Of a stretch of DNA of 64,000 nt, positions 46,796 through 54,935 are shown piece after piece. The translations under genes were made by a program, and so were the position numbers. A model generated the notes under the pieces. It was not told the origin of the DNA. It did no database searches and saw only the letters and a list, made by a program, of their open reading frames with translations. Source of the DNA: Bifidobacteriaceae bacterium (GTDB taxonomy: Bacteria; Actinomycetota; Actinomycetes; Actinomycetales; WQXJ01). The stretch spans positions 24,566-88,565 of the forward strand of contig JAITFE010000056.1 in assembly GCA_031281585.1 (NCBI GenBank), in the 5' to 3' direction. The number at the start of each line of letters is the position of its first letter. Position 1 is the stretch's first letter.

Positions 46796-47830
46796 GTGGC
46801 GAATCCCCGCATGATCGACGTCGCGCGAAGGGCAAGAGTCGCTCCCAGCACAGTTTCTTACGCTCTCAGCGGCCAGCGAACCATTTCGCCGTCCACCCGC
46901 CAGCGCGTGCTCCAGGCCATCGCGGAACTCGGGTACAAGCCCAACGAGCTGGCGCGCAGCCTGGCTAGTCGGCGGTCCCGGATTGTGGCGCTGCTGCTCC
47001 CCGCATCCCAGCGCGGAATCGGCTTCACCGAGATGGAGTTCGCGACCGGCGCGGCGCAGGCCGCCAGGGAACTGGACCACCAACTGGTCCTGTCGGTGAC
47101 AAACCAGAACACCGCGGATCAGGTGGCGGAGCTGAACGAGGGCGGGCTGATCGCGGGGGCCATCCTGATGGAGGTCCGCCTCAACGACGAGCGCATCGCC
47201 TTGCTCCGGGACGCGGGCATCCCGTTCTCAATGATCGGGCGGCCGCAGGACCCAGACGGGATCGACTGCGCCGACATCGACTTCGACCAGACCGCCCGAG
47301 ACGCGGTCAAGCACCTGGTCGAACTGGGGCACCGCAGAATCGCCTTTCTCAACCACTCGGCCTCGGACGTCTCGGCCTCCTACGGTCCGTCCGTGCGGGC
47401 GGCGGCTGGCTTCCGGCGAGCCGCCGCCGAATTCTCGGTCGGGTACCTGGAGCGGCCGTGCGGCGAGGACACCGAGTCCGGGGAGGCCGCGTTCCACGAG
47501 TTGATCGCGGCCGATCCGGAGTTGACCGGGATAGCCATCATGAACGACCGGGCGACCGCCGGCGTTCTCAGCGCCATAGAGCAAATCGGCGCGAACGTGC
47601 CCCGTGACTTCTCAGTCGTGTCGATCGCCTCCTCGACCCGCGTCACGGAGATGTTCCGGCCCCGGTTGACAACCCTTGAACCCCAGGCGATCGAACTGGG
47701 CCGCATGGGCGCCCGCCTGCTGATCGCGGCCCTTCAGGCGCCGCCGGGAGTGGAGCGCGAGCCGACGCTGGCCCTGCTGCCCTGCCGCCTTGTGATCGGG
47801 GGCAGTTCGGGTCCGGCGCCCGTCAACTGA
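46796..47830 (+). CDS. LacI family transcriptional regulator
   Basis: N-terminal HTH MIDVARRARVAPSTVSYALSG, a periplasmic-binding-protein-like effector domain, and a GTG start preceded by GAAAGGAAGG. Confidence 0.9.
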   Translation: MANPRMIDVARRARVAPSTVSYALSGQRTISPSTRQRVLQAIAELGYKPNELARSLASRRSRIVALLLPASQRGIGFTEMEFATGAAQAARELDHQLVLSVTNQNTADQVAELNEGGLIAGAILMEVRLNDERIALLRDAGIPFSMIGRPQDPDGIDCADIDFDQTARDAVKHLVELGHRRIAFLNHSASDVSASYGPSVRAAAGFRRAAAEFSVGYLERPCGEDTESGEAAFHELIAADPELTGIAIMNDRATAGVLSAIEQIGANVPRDFSVVSIASSTRVTEMFRPRLTTLEPQAIELGRMGARLLIAALQAPPGVEREPTLALLPCRLVIGGSSGPAPVN

Positions 47831-47833
47831 ACG

Positions 47834-47867
47834 CGAAAAACGGGGACGGTACCGTCCCCGTTTTTCG
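47834..47867. terminator. minimal GGGGACGGTACC-core palindrome, bidirectional intrinsic terminator (lacI > < dxs)
   Basis: CGAAAAACGGGGACGGTACCGTCCCCGTTTTTCG is a perfect palindrome with an A5 run on one side and a T5 run on the other. Confidence 0.8.
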
Positions 47868-47873
47868 GACCCG

Positions 47874-49745
47874 TCAGAGGACCGCCGGGAGAGTCGCCAG
47901 GGCACGGGCGGCGACCGCCTGGGCCGTCAGGCCCTGGCCTGCGGCGATGTCCTCGCGGTCGCCGTGGGCGAAGAACTGCTTCGCCAGGCCGCAGTTGACA
48001 ACCGGGAGGGTCAGGCCCTCGGCGGCGACCGCGCGGGCGATCGCCTCGCCCGCGCCCCCGGAGACCATGCCGTCCTCGACCGTCACCACCAGTTCGTGGG
48101 CGGCGGCCAACCTCGGCAGTCCCTCCGCCACTGGGTAGACCCAGCCCGGGTCCACCACGGTTGCGGCCACGCCGCGCTCCCCCAGCAGTTCGGCTGCGGC
48201 CAACGCCGTGCCGGTCTCATTGCCTATCCCGACCAGCAAGACCACCGAGTTGGGGCCCGTCCGCAAAAGCAAGTCCAAACCGTCCTGGCGGCTAAGCGCG
48301 GGCAGGTCGCGCGGCATCGGACCCTTGGGGTAGCGGATGACGGTGGGGGCGTCCGCCACGGCGACGGCTTCGCGCAAGAGCCGGCGCAGAGTGGCGGCGT
48401 CACGGGGCGCGGCCAGGCGCAGGCCCGGGACCAGGCGGAACAGGGCCAAGTCCCATTGGCCGTTGTGGCTGGGGCCGTCGTGGCCGGTGACGCCGGCGCG
48501 GTCCAACACGAAGGTGACGCCCGCGCGGTGCAGGGCGCAGTCCATCAAGACCTGGTCGAAGGCGCGGTTGAGGAAGCTGGCGTAGACGGCCACCACCGGG
48601 TGCGCGCCGGCGAAGGCCAACCCGGCGGCCAGCGCCGCGGCGTGCTGTTCGGCGATCCCCACGTCGAAGACCCGGTCCGGGAACTCCGCCGCGAAAGGCA
48701 CCAATCCGACCGGCTCCAACATGGCGGCGGTGATCGCCACCACCGACGAATCCTTCCGCCCTATCCGCACCACCTCGTCGGAGAACACCGAGGACCAGCC
48801 GAAACGCGAGGGCTCCAGCGGCAGGCCCGTCTCCGGGTGGATGCGGCCCACGGAGTGGAAACGGTCCGGCCCGTGGCCCTCGGCGGGGACGTAGCCCCGC
48901 CCCTTCTCGGTGATGACGTGGACCAAGACCGGGCCGCCGAAGGCCTTCGCCTGCTGCAACGCCCGTTCCACGGCCGCCTCGTCGTGCCCGTCCACGGCGC
49001 CGATGTATTTCAGGCCCAGATCCTCGAACATGGCCTGCGGGGCCACCACGTCCTTGACGCCTTTCTTCAGACCGTGCAAGGCGCCGTAAACGAAGCGCCC
49101 AAAACGGCCGCCGTGGGACCGCAGTTGGCGTTTGCCCCAGCCGAGCAGCCGCTCGTAATAGGGCGTGGTGCGCAGCCCGGACAGGTGATGCGCCAGCCCG
49201 CCAATGGTGGGCGCGTAGGAGCGGCCGTTGTCGTTGACGACTATGATCAGCCGCCCCTCGTCTGATTCGGCGATGTTGTTCAACGCCTCCCAGCTCATGC
49301 CCCCGGTCAGGGCGCCGTCCCCGACCACCACCACGGTGAAGCGGTCGGTTTGCCCGGCCAGACGCCGGCCGGCCGCTATCCCAGCCGCCCAGGACAGCCC
49401 CGCGGAGGCGTGGGTGTTCTCCAGCACGTCGTGGACCGATTCGGCCCGCGACGGGTAGCCGGACAGGCCGCCCTCCTGCCGCAAACGGTCGAAGTCCTGG
49501 CGGCCGGTCAGGATCTTGTGGACGTAGGCGATGTGGCCCGTGTCGAACACGATGGTGTCTCGCGGCGAGTCGAACACCCGGTGCAGAGCTATGGTCAACT
49601 CCACCACCCCGAGGTTCGGCCCCAGATGGCCGCCGGCTTTGGACACCTTGTCCACCAGGAAATCGCGGATGTCCGCCGCCAAATCCCCGATCAGCTCCGG
49701 CGGCAGCTTCTTCAGCAGCCTTGGGTTGGACACCTGGGACAACAC
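47874..49745 (-). CDS. dxs: 1-deoxy-D-xylulose-5-phosphate synthase
   Basis: GHLGPNLGVVELTIALH and the TPP motif GDGALTGGMSWEALN. The start is placed at the GTG at 49745 (VLSQVSNPRLLKKL); the track ORF begins at a TTG at 49847. Confidence 0.9.
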   Translation of the reverse strand: MLSQVSNPRLLKKLPPELIGDLAADIRDFLVDKVSKAGGHLGPNLGVVELTIALHRVFDSPRDTIVFDTGHIAYVHKILTGRQDFDRLRQEGGLSGYPSRAESVHDVLENTHASAGLSWAAGIAAGRRLAGQTDRFTVVVVGDGALTGGMSWEALNNIAESDEGRLIIVVNDNGRSYAPTIGGLAHHLSGLRTTPYYERLLGWGKRQLRSHGGRFGRFVYGALHGLKKGVKDVVAPQAMFEDLGLKYIGAVDGHDEAAVERALQQAKAFGGPVLVHVITEKGRGYVPAEGHGPDRFHSVGRIHPETGLPLEPSRFGWSSVFSDEVVRIGRKDSSVVAITAAMLEPVGLVPFAAEFPDRVFDVGIAEQHAAALAAGLAFAGAHPVVAVYASFLNRAFDQVLMDCALHRAGVTFVLDRAGVTGHDGPSHNGQWDLALFRLVPGLRLAAPRDAATLRRLLREAVAVADAPTVIRYPKGPMPRDLPALSRQDGLDLLLRTGPNSVVLLVGIGNETGTALAAAELLGERGVAATVVDPGWVYPVAEGLPRLAAAHELVVTVEDGMVSGGAGEAIARAVAAEGLTLPVVNCGLAKQFFAHGDREDIAAGQGLTAQAVAARALATLPAVL

Positions 49746-49853
49746 CGTCCCGGGCGGGCGGGTCCGGCCTCGGCCGAGATCCCTGCGCGCGGCATTCAAC
49801 AGCGCAGCACCTTTCTGTTGTTGTGCCTCAACGTTGCTGGTCCTCAATAATAC

Positions 49854-49887
49854 GGCGGGGCGCCCGGAAGAACCGGAACGCCCCGCC
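49854..49887 (-). terminator. intrinsic terminator downstream of acnA
   Basis: GGCGGGGCG...CGCCCCGCC is a stem of 9 G:C-rich pairs. On the minus strand it is followed by GTATTATT. Confidence 0.55.
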
Positions 49888-49943
49888 TCAGACGCTGGGC
49901 CGACAGAGTTTTGAAAGCCCCTTCACCCCACTGCGGCCAGCGT

Positions 49944-52688
49944 TCAAGCGGTCAGTTGACGCAATACAAATTGCAAAATGCCGCCGTTCCGATAGTAGTC
50001 GGCTTCGCCGGGCGTGTCGATACGGACCACGGCATCGAACACCACGGCCGTGCCGTCCGCCCTGGTGGCCGTGACCCTGACGGTCTTGGGGGTGACGCCG
50101 TTGTTCAACTCTTGAACGCCCTGGATGTCGAACACCTCCGTGCCGTCGAGCCCCAGCGAATCGGCCGACTGGCCAGCCGGGAATTGCAGCGGGAGGACGC
50201 CCATGCCGATCAGGTTGGAACGGTGGATGCGCTCGAACGACTCGGTGATGACGGCCTTGACCCCCAAAAGCAGCGTGCCCTTGGCAGCCCAGTCGCGGGA
50301 CGACCCGGTGCCGTATTCCTTGCCGCCCAGCACCACCAGCGGGACGCCGGCGGCCTTGTATGCCTCGGCGGCTTCGAAGATGGTGGTCTGGACGCCGCCG
50401 TCCAAGAAGTTGACGGTGTAGCCGCCGGCCACGTCCACCAATTGGTTGCGCAGCCGGATGTTGGCGAACGTGCCCCGCATCATGACCTCGTGGTTGCCCC
50501 GGCGCGAGCCGTAGGAGTTGAAGTCCTTCACCGCCACGCCGTGGTCCGCCAGGTAGCGGCCGGCCGGCGAGTCGGCCTTGATGTTGCCGGCCGGGGAGAT
50601 GTGGTCCGTGGTGACCGAGTCGCCCAGCTTGGCCAGCACCCGGGCGCCGGCGATGTCCGCCACCGGCTCCGGCGCGGCCCCCATGCCCTCGAAGTAGGGG
50701 GGTTTGCGCACGTACGTGGAGGCGTCGTCCCATTCGAAGACCGCGCCCTCGGGGGTGGGCAGCGAGCGCCAGCGCTCGTCGCCCGCGAAGACGTCCGCGT
50801 AGGACGCCTCGTACATGCCCCGCGAGATCGTGGCGTCGATGGTCGCCTGGACCTCCTCCGGCGTGGGCCAGACGTCTTTCAGGAAAACCGGCCGCCCGTC
50901 CTGGTCAAAGCCCAGCGGGTCCGTCTCGAAGTCGAAGTCGAGCGTCCCCGCCAGCGCGTACGCCACCACCAACGGCGGGCTGGCCAGGTAGTTCATGGCG
51001 ATGTCCGGCCCGATCCGGCCCTCGAAGTTGCGGTTGCCGGACAGGACAGCGGTCACGGCCAGGCCGTTCTCCCCGATCGCCTGCGAGATTTCCGGCGCCA
51101 GCGGCCCCGAGTTGCCAATGCAGGTGGTGCAGCCGTAGCCCACCACGTTGAAGCCCAGCGCGTCCAGCGCCGGCCACAGGCCCGCCTTGTCGTAGTAGGC
51201 GGTCACGGCCTTGGAGCCGGGCGCCATGGACGTTTTCACCCAGGGCTTCGACTTGAGCCCCTTGTCAGCGGCCTTTTGCGCCAGCAGGCCGGCCGCCAAC
51301 ATCACGGACGGGTTCGACGTGTTGGTGCAGGACGTGATCGACGCGATGCAGACGTCGCCGTGGTTGAGCGTGAACTCGCCCTTGCCGGGCACGCTCACGG
51401 GGACCGCCTTGGCTTTGACGGGGTCCGATGCCGCCGGGTCGGACGCCGGGAAGGATTCGGCTTCCGATTCGTCCCCGGCCGCCGCCGCCACATCCGCCGC
51501 GTAGTTCGGCAAGTCCCGCCGGAAGGCCTGTTTGGCCTGGGCGAGTTCGATCCGGTCCTGCGGCCGCTTCGGCCCGGCGATGGACGGCACCACCGTGGAC
51601 AGGTCCAGGTCCAGGTATTCGGAGAAGACCGGCTCCACGTAGTCGGGGCTGGCCGGGTCGAACCAGAGGCCTTGTTCCTTGCAGTAGGCCTCGATCAGGG
51701 CGACCTGCTCCTCGGAGCGGCCCGTCAGGCGGTAGTAGTCCAGGGTGACGCCGTCAACCGGGAAGATGCCGCAGGTGGAGCCGAACTCCGGGCTCATGTT
51801 GCCGATCGTGGCGCGGTTGGCCAGCGGCACCTGGGAGACGCCCTCGCCGTAGAACTCGACGAACTTGCCGACCACGCCGTGCTGGCGCAGCTTCTCGGTG
51901 ATGGTCAGCACCACGTCCGTGGCGGTCACGCCCTGCGGGATGGCGCCGTGCAGCTTGAACCCCACCACGCGCGGGATCAGCATTGAGACCGGCTGGCCCA
52001 GCATGGCGGCCTCCGCCTCGATCCCGCCCACGCCCCAGCCCAGGATTCCCAGGCCGTTGACCATGGTGGTGTGGGAGTCGGTGCCGACGCAGGAGTCCGG
52101 GTAGGCCTGGCCGCCGCGCTCCATGACGCCGCGCGCCAGGTACTCGATGTTGACTTGGTGGACAATGCCAGTGCCGGGGGGCACAACTTTGAACTCGCTG
52201 AAGGCGCCCTGGCCCCAGCGCAAGAACTGGTAGCGCTCGCGGTTGCGGTCGTATTCGATGGCCACGTTGAGGTCGAAGGCCTTGTCGGTGCCCGCGTACT
52301 CGATGATCACCGAGTGGTCGATCACCATCTCCGCGGGGGCGAGCGGGTTGATCTTGTTCGGGTCGCCGCCCAGTTCCGCCACCGCCTCGCGCATGGTGGC
52401 CAGATCCACCACACAGGGCACGCCGGTGAAGTCCTGCATCACCACGCGCGCTGGCGTGAACTGGATCTCGACCGACGGGTCGGCGGCCGGATCCCAGTTG
52501 GCGAGCGCCCTGACCTGGTCGGCCGTGATGGTGGCGCCGTCCTCGTTGCGCAGGATCGACTCCGCCAGAATCTTGAGCGAGAAGGGCAGCTTCTCCAGCC
52601 CTGCGACCGCGCTCAAGCGGAATATCTCGTAGTTGTTGCCGCCAACGCTCAACTGCGAGCGGGCGCCGAATGTATCAAGTGAGGCCAT
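49944..52688 (-). CDS. acnA: aconitate hydratase A
   Basis: 914 aa with Fe-S ligand regions SCTNTSNP and [12 protein letters not shown], and full-length similarity in layout to AcnA/IRP-type aconitases. Confidence 0.95.
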   Translation of the reverse strand: MASLDTFGARSQLSVGGNNYEIFRLSAVAGLEKLPFSLKILAESILRNEDGATITADQVRALANWDPAADPSVEIQFTPARVVMQDFTGVPCVVDLATMREAVAELGGDPNKINPLAPAEMVIDHSVIIEYAGTDKAFDLNVAIEYDRNRERYQFLRWGQGAFSEFKVVPPGTGIVHQVNIEYLARGVMERGGQAYPDSCVGTDSHTTMVNGLGILGWGVGGIEAEAAMLGQPVSMLIPRVVGFKLHGAIPQGVTATDVVLTITEKLRQHGVVGKFVEFYGEGVSQVPLANRATIGNMSPEFGSTCGIFPVDGVTLDYYRLTGRSEEQVALIEAYCKEQGLWFDPASPDYVEPVFSEYLDLDLSTVVPSIAGPKRPQDRIELAQAKQAFRRDLPNYAADVAAAAGDESEAESFPASDPAASDPVKAKAVPVSVPGKGEFTLNHGDVCIASITSCTNTSNPSVMLAAGLLAQKAADKGLKSKPWVKTSMAPGSKAVTAYYDKAGLWPALDALGFNVVGYGCTTCIGNSGPLAPEISQAIGENGLAVTAVLSGNRNFEGRIGPDIAMNYLASPPLVVAYALAGTLDFDFETDPLGFDQDGRPVFLKDVWPTPEEVQATIDATISRGMYEASYADVFAGDERWRSLPTPEGAVFEWDDASTYVRKPPYFEGMGAAPEPVADIAGARVLAKLGDSVTTDHISPAGNIKADSPAGRYLADHGVAVKDFNSYGSRRGNHEVMMRGTFANIRLRNQLVDVAGGYTVNFLDGGVQTTIFEAAEAYKAAGVPLVVLGGKEYGTGSSRDWAAKGTLLLGVKAVITESFERIHRSNLIGMGVLPLQFPAGQSADSLGLDGTEVFDIQGVQELNNGVTPKTVRVTATRADGTAVVFDAVVRIDTPGEADYYRNGGILQFVLRQLTA

Positions 52689-52903
52689 GAGTGTGGAAAA
52701 TCCCTTTCTGGGCTTCCCGTCGCGGGGGTGCCCGGTGCATGTATCTCGACGTCGAGGTAAATGCTACTCTACTACCTTTCCATCCAATTATCTCTCGCCT
52801 TTGGTGGGCTCTTGACCATTTCGGGGCACGGCCGCGCTGGCCGCCATGTGAGATGGATCACAATCGGCTGAACCAGACGCGCCACCCGGTCTAGCTTGAC
52901 CCC

Positions 52904-53158
52904 ATGGCAGGCGTGATGGCGCCCGATCTCCGGGCTGACGCGGGCAAACGCCCGGGCCCCGCCATGCCGATAATCGGGGTGGCGCTCATCGTGATCAGCC
53001 CCGCAGTCGACTTCGGCCTGGGGCTCTTGGGCATGATGGGCGCCGGCCTCAACTCCGCCCACTGGGAGATCGCAGGCAGCGTGGTCGGCGCCACGGTCTT
53101 CCTGATCGGCCTGAACCTACTGGTCCTGGGCCTGATCCGCCGCTCCCGCCATCCCTAA
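52904..53158 (+). CDS. small hypothetical membrane protein (two TM helices)
   Basis: 84 aa with strong G/C bias at third codon positions by eye and two hydrophobic helices. The start may be the internal Met (MPIIGVAL). Confidence 0.45.
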   Translation: MAGVMAPDLRADAGKRPGPAMPIIGVALIVISPAVDFGLGLLGMMGAGLNSAHWEIAGSVVGATVFLIGLNLLVLGLIRRSRHP

Positions 53159-53159
53159 C

Positions 53160-53182
53160 AAAATGGGGACGGTACCGTTTTT
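53160..53182. repeat. half copy of the GGGGACGGTACC-core element
   Basis: AAAATGGGGACGGTACCGTTTTT. Only ACGGTACCGT is self-complementary. It lies between convergent gene ends. Confidence 0.7.
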
Positions 53183-53238
53183 CTTGTGGTCCCGTAACCG
53201 CTCCTGTCCCCGCCGGCGGCGGGCAAGGCGCGGGATTG

Positions 53239-53676
53239 TCAGGCGGCCGCATTGGCTTGGCCCCCAAGGAACGGGTTGACAACGGTGATGCCCCCATACT
53301 CTTGGCCATGGCCCAGGTCCTCGGACAAGACGACGCGGCAGCCGAGGGTCCGCGCCGACTCGATAATCGCGGCGTCCCAATATGACAGCCCGTAGCGCTC
53401 GCGGGTCCGCATGGCGTTGCGTACAACGGGCAGGGTCAGATCCTGAACGGGAAAGCGCGTGAACGATTCGACCAAGTCCGCGGCCTGCTCGTGGCTCACC
53501 GGATTGGCCCGGGTGGCGCGGGTCGCCTGGACGTAGAACTCCTGTAGCACTTGGACCGACAGCGCCAGATCGGCGCCGTCAAGGATGTCGCGGGCCACCG
53601 CCGCCTTGTCCGCCTCCCCGGGGTCGGTGGAGATCGCGTACAGCAGCACGTTCGTGTCAACGAAGCGCACGGTCAT
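53239..53676 (-). CDS. vapC: PIN-domain toxin VapC
   Basis: MTVRFVDTNVLLYA (first Asp), LQEF (Glu), YWDAAI (Asp) and LSED. 145 aa. Confidence 0.85.
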   Translation of the reverse strand: MTVRFVDTNVLLYAISTDPGEADKAAVARDILDGADLALSVQVLQEFYVQATRATRANPVSHEQAADLVESFTRFPVQDLTLPVVRNAMRTRERYGLSYWDAAIIESARTLGCRVVLSEDLGHGQEYGGITVVNPFLGGQANAAA

Positions 53677-53902
53677 GCGCCGATTCGCGGTCGAGTCGGT
53701 CGCGGGCGGAGAAGCCGCCGATGGAGGCCATGGTCCGCCGCTGCAATTCGGCCAGCCGCTCGAACTCCCCGTCCGGCCCGCCCAGCGACCGCAGATATGC
53801 CGCCACCAGCGCGCTGACCGAAGTGCCCGCCTCCGCGGCGCGAATACGGGCCGACCGGTACACGTCCTCTGGCACGCTCAACGTCACATTCTTCACAGTC
53901 AC
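53657..53902 (-). CDS. vapB: ribbon-helix-helix antitoxin VapB
   Basis: 81 aa. VKNVTLSVPEDVYRSARIRAAEAGTSVSALVAAYL is a typical RHH N-terminus. It lies immediately upstream of vapC and overlaps it. Confidence 0.75.
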   Translation of the reverse strand: MTVKNVTLSVPEDVYRSARIRAAEAGTSVSALVAAYLRSLGGPDGEFERLAELQRRTMASIGGFSARDRLDRESAHDRALR

Positions 53903-53922
53903 ACAGTATCACAGCTACACAG

Positions 53923-54873
53923 TCATGCCCCGAGCGCGCGGGGGTGCGCGGACGCGTAGACCTCGCGCAGGTGCTCCGGGGTGACCTTGGTGTAAATCTG
54001 AGTCGTCGTGACCGAGGAGTGGCCCAGCAACTCCTGGACCACGCGAATGTCGGCGCCGCCTTGCAGCAGGTGGGTGGCGAAAGAGTGGCGGAGCGTGTGC
54101 GGCGTGGCCTGCGGCTGGCCGATCGCCACGCCCGCAGCTCTGACCAGCTCAAACGCCGCCTGTCGGGACAACCGGCGGCCGCGCGGGCCGACCAGCAGGG
54201 CGGGGGTGCCCCGGCCCCGCGCCACACGGGCCGGCCGCTCCCGCACCACGTAGTGCTCAACCGCGACGCGGGCGCACACGCCCATCGGTATGACCCGCTC
54301 TTTGCCGCCTTTGCCGAGCACGCGCACCCATGACTGTTCGGCGGGCATCGGATCGGAAATGGGGACGGTACCTGTTTCTGGCTTGCCAGAAACAGGTACC
54401 GTCCCCATTTCCGGGAGGTCGTCCAGATCCAGCTGAAGCGCCTCGGAGACGCGCGCGCCCGTGCCGTAGAGCAACTCGACCAAGGCGCGCGCCGTCAAGT
54501 CCTCCCCGCACGCGGCGATCAAAGACTCGACCTGCTCCACGGTCAGCGCCTTCGGCAGCCGCAAACCCGCCTTGGGCGGCTTCACCTCCGCCGCCGGGTT
54601 GTCCGGCGTCCAGCCCTCCATGAACGCGAATTTGTGCAGGCCGCGCACGGCGGACAAGGCGCGCGCCACCGAGGAGGCGGCCAACCCGGAGGCGACCAGC
54701 CCGGACCGGAACCCCTCGATCACCGCCGGCCCGACCGCCGCCAACTCCACCTGGCCCACATAAGCGCAATACCGCTCCAGGTCGCGCTCGTAGGCCTCGA
54801 TAGTGGCGGCGCTGACCGCCCGCTCGACCCGCAAGTGGGCCAAGAACCGCTTCCGAGCCGCCGTGATCAGCAC
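53923..54873 (-). CDS. xerD: tyrosine recombinase XerD (XerC/D family) carrying an in-frame repeat-derived insertion
   Basis: N-terminal SAM-like AYERDLERY, then ARVSE (Arg), [19 protein letters not shown] and [14 protein letters not shown] (Tyr). GTG start at 54873. The choice of XerD over XerC rests on the N-terminal pattern only. Confidence 0.85.
   Translation of the reverse strand: MLITAARKRFLAHLRVERAVSAATIEAYERDLERYCAYVGQVELAAVGPAVIEGFRSGLVASGLAASSVARALSAVRGLHKFAFMEGWTPDNPAAEVKPPKAGLRLPKALTVEQVESLIAACGEDLTARALVELLYGTGARVSEALQLDLDDLPEMGTVPVSGKPETGTVPISDPMPAEQSWVRVLGKGGKERVIPMGVCARVAVEHYVVRERPARVARGRGTPALLVGPRGRRLSRQAAFELVRAAGVAIGQPQATPHTLRHSFATHLLQGGADIRVVQELLGHSSVTTTQIYTKVTPEHLREVYASAHPRALGA
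54355..54412. repeat. perfect 58-bp GGGGACGGTACC-core palindrome inside the xerD coding sequence
   Basis: GGAAATGGGGACGGTACCTGTTTCTGG-CTTG-CCAGAAACAGGTACCGTCCCCATTTCC, read in the xerD frame as [19 protein letters not shown]. Confidence 0.9.
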
Positions 54874-54935
54874 ATCTCAATACTGGCGCACCGGGTGGAT
54901 CGGCCCAGTCCGGCGCGCAGGCCGCCCCTAGGATT

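Noticed and set aside
49911-51986. 691 aa plus-strand ORF opposite acnA, and 60603..62597 (664 aa) opposite the DUF11 gene
   Set aside because: These are shadow ORFs antisense to genes with strong motif support. Composition is Arg/Gly/His-rich.
53923-54873. Tyrosine recombinase as a phage or ICE integrase marking a mobile element boundary
   Set aside because: The size, the N-terminal SAM-like domain pattern and the full Xer-type motif set fit chromosomal XerC/D. No tRNA, att-like direct repeats or phage genes flank it.
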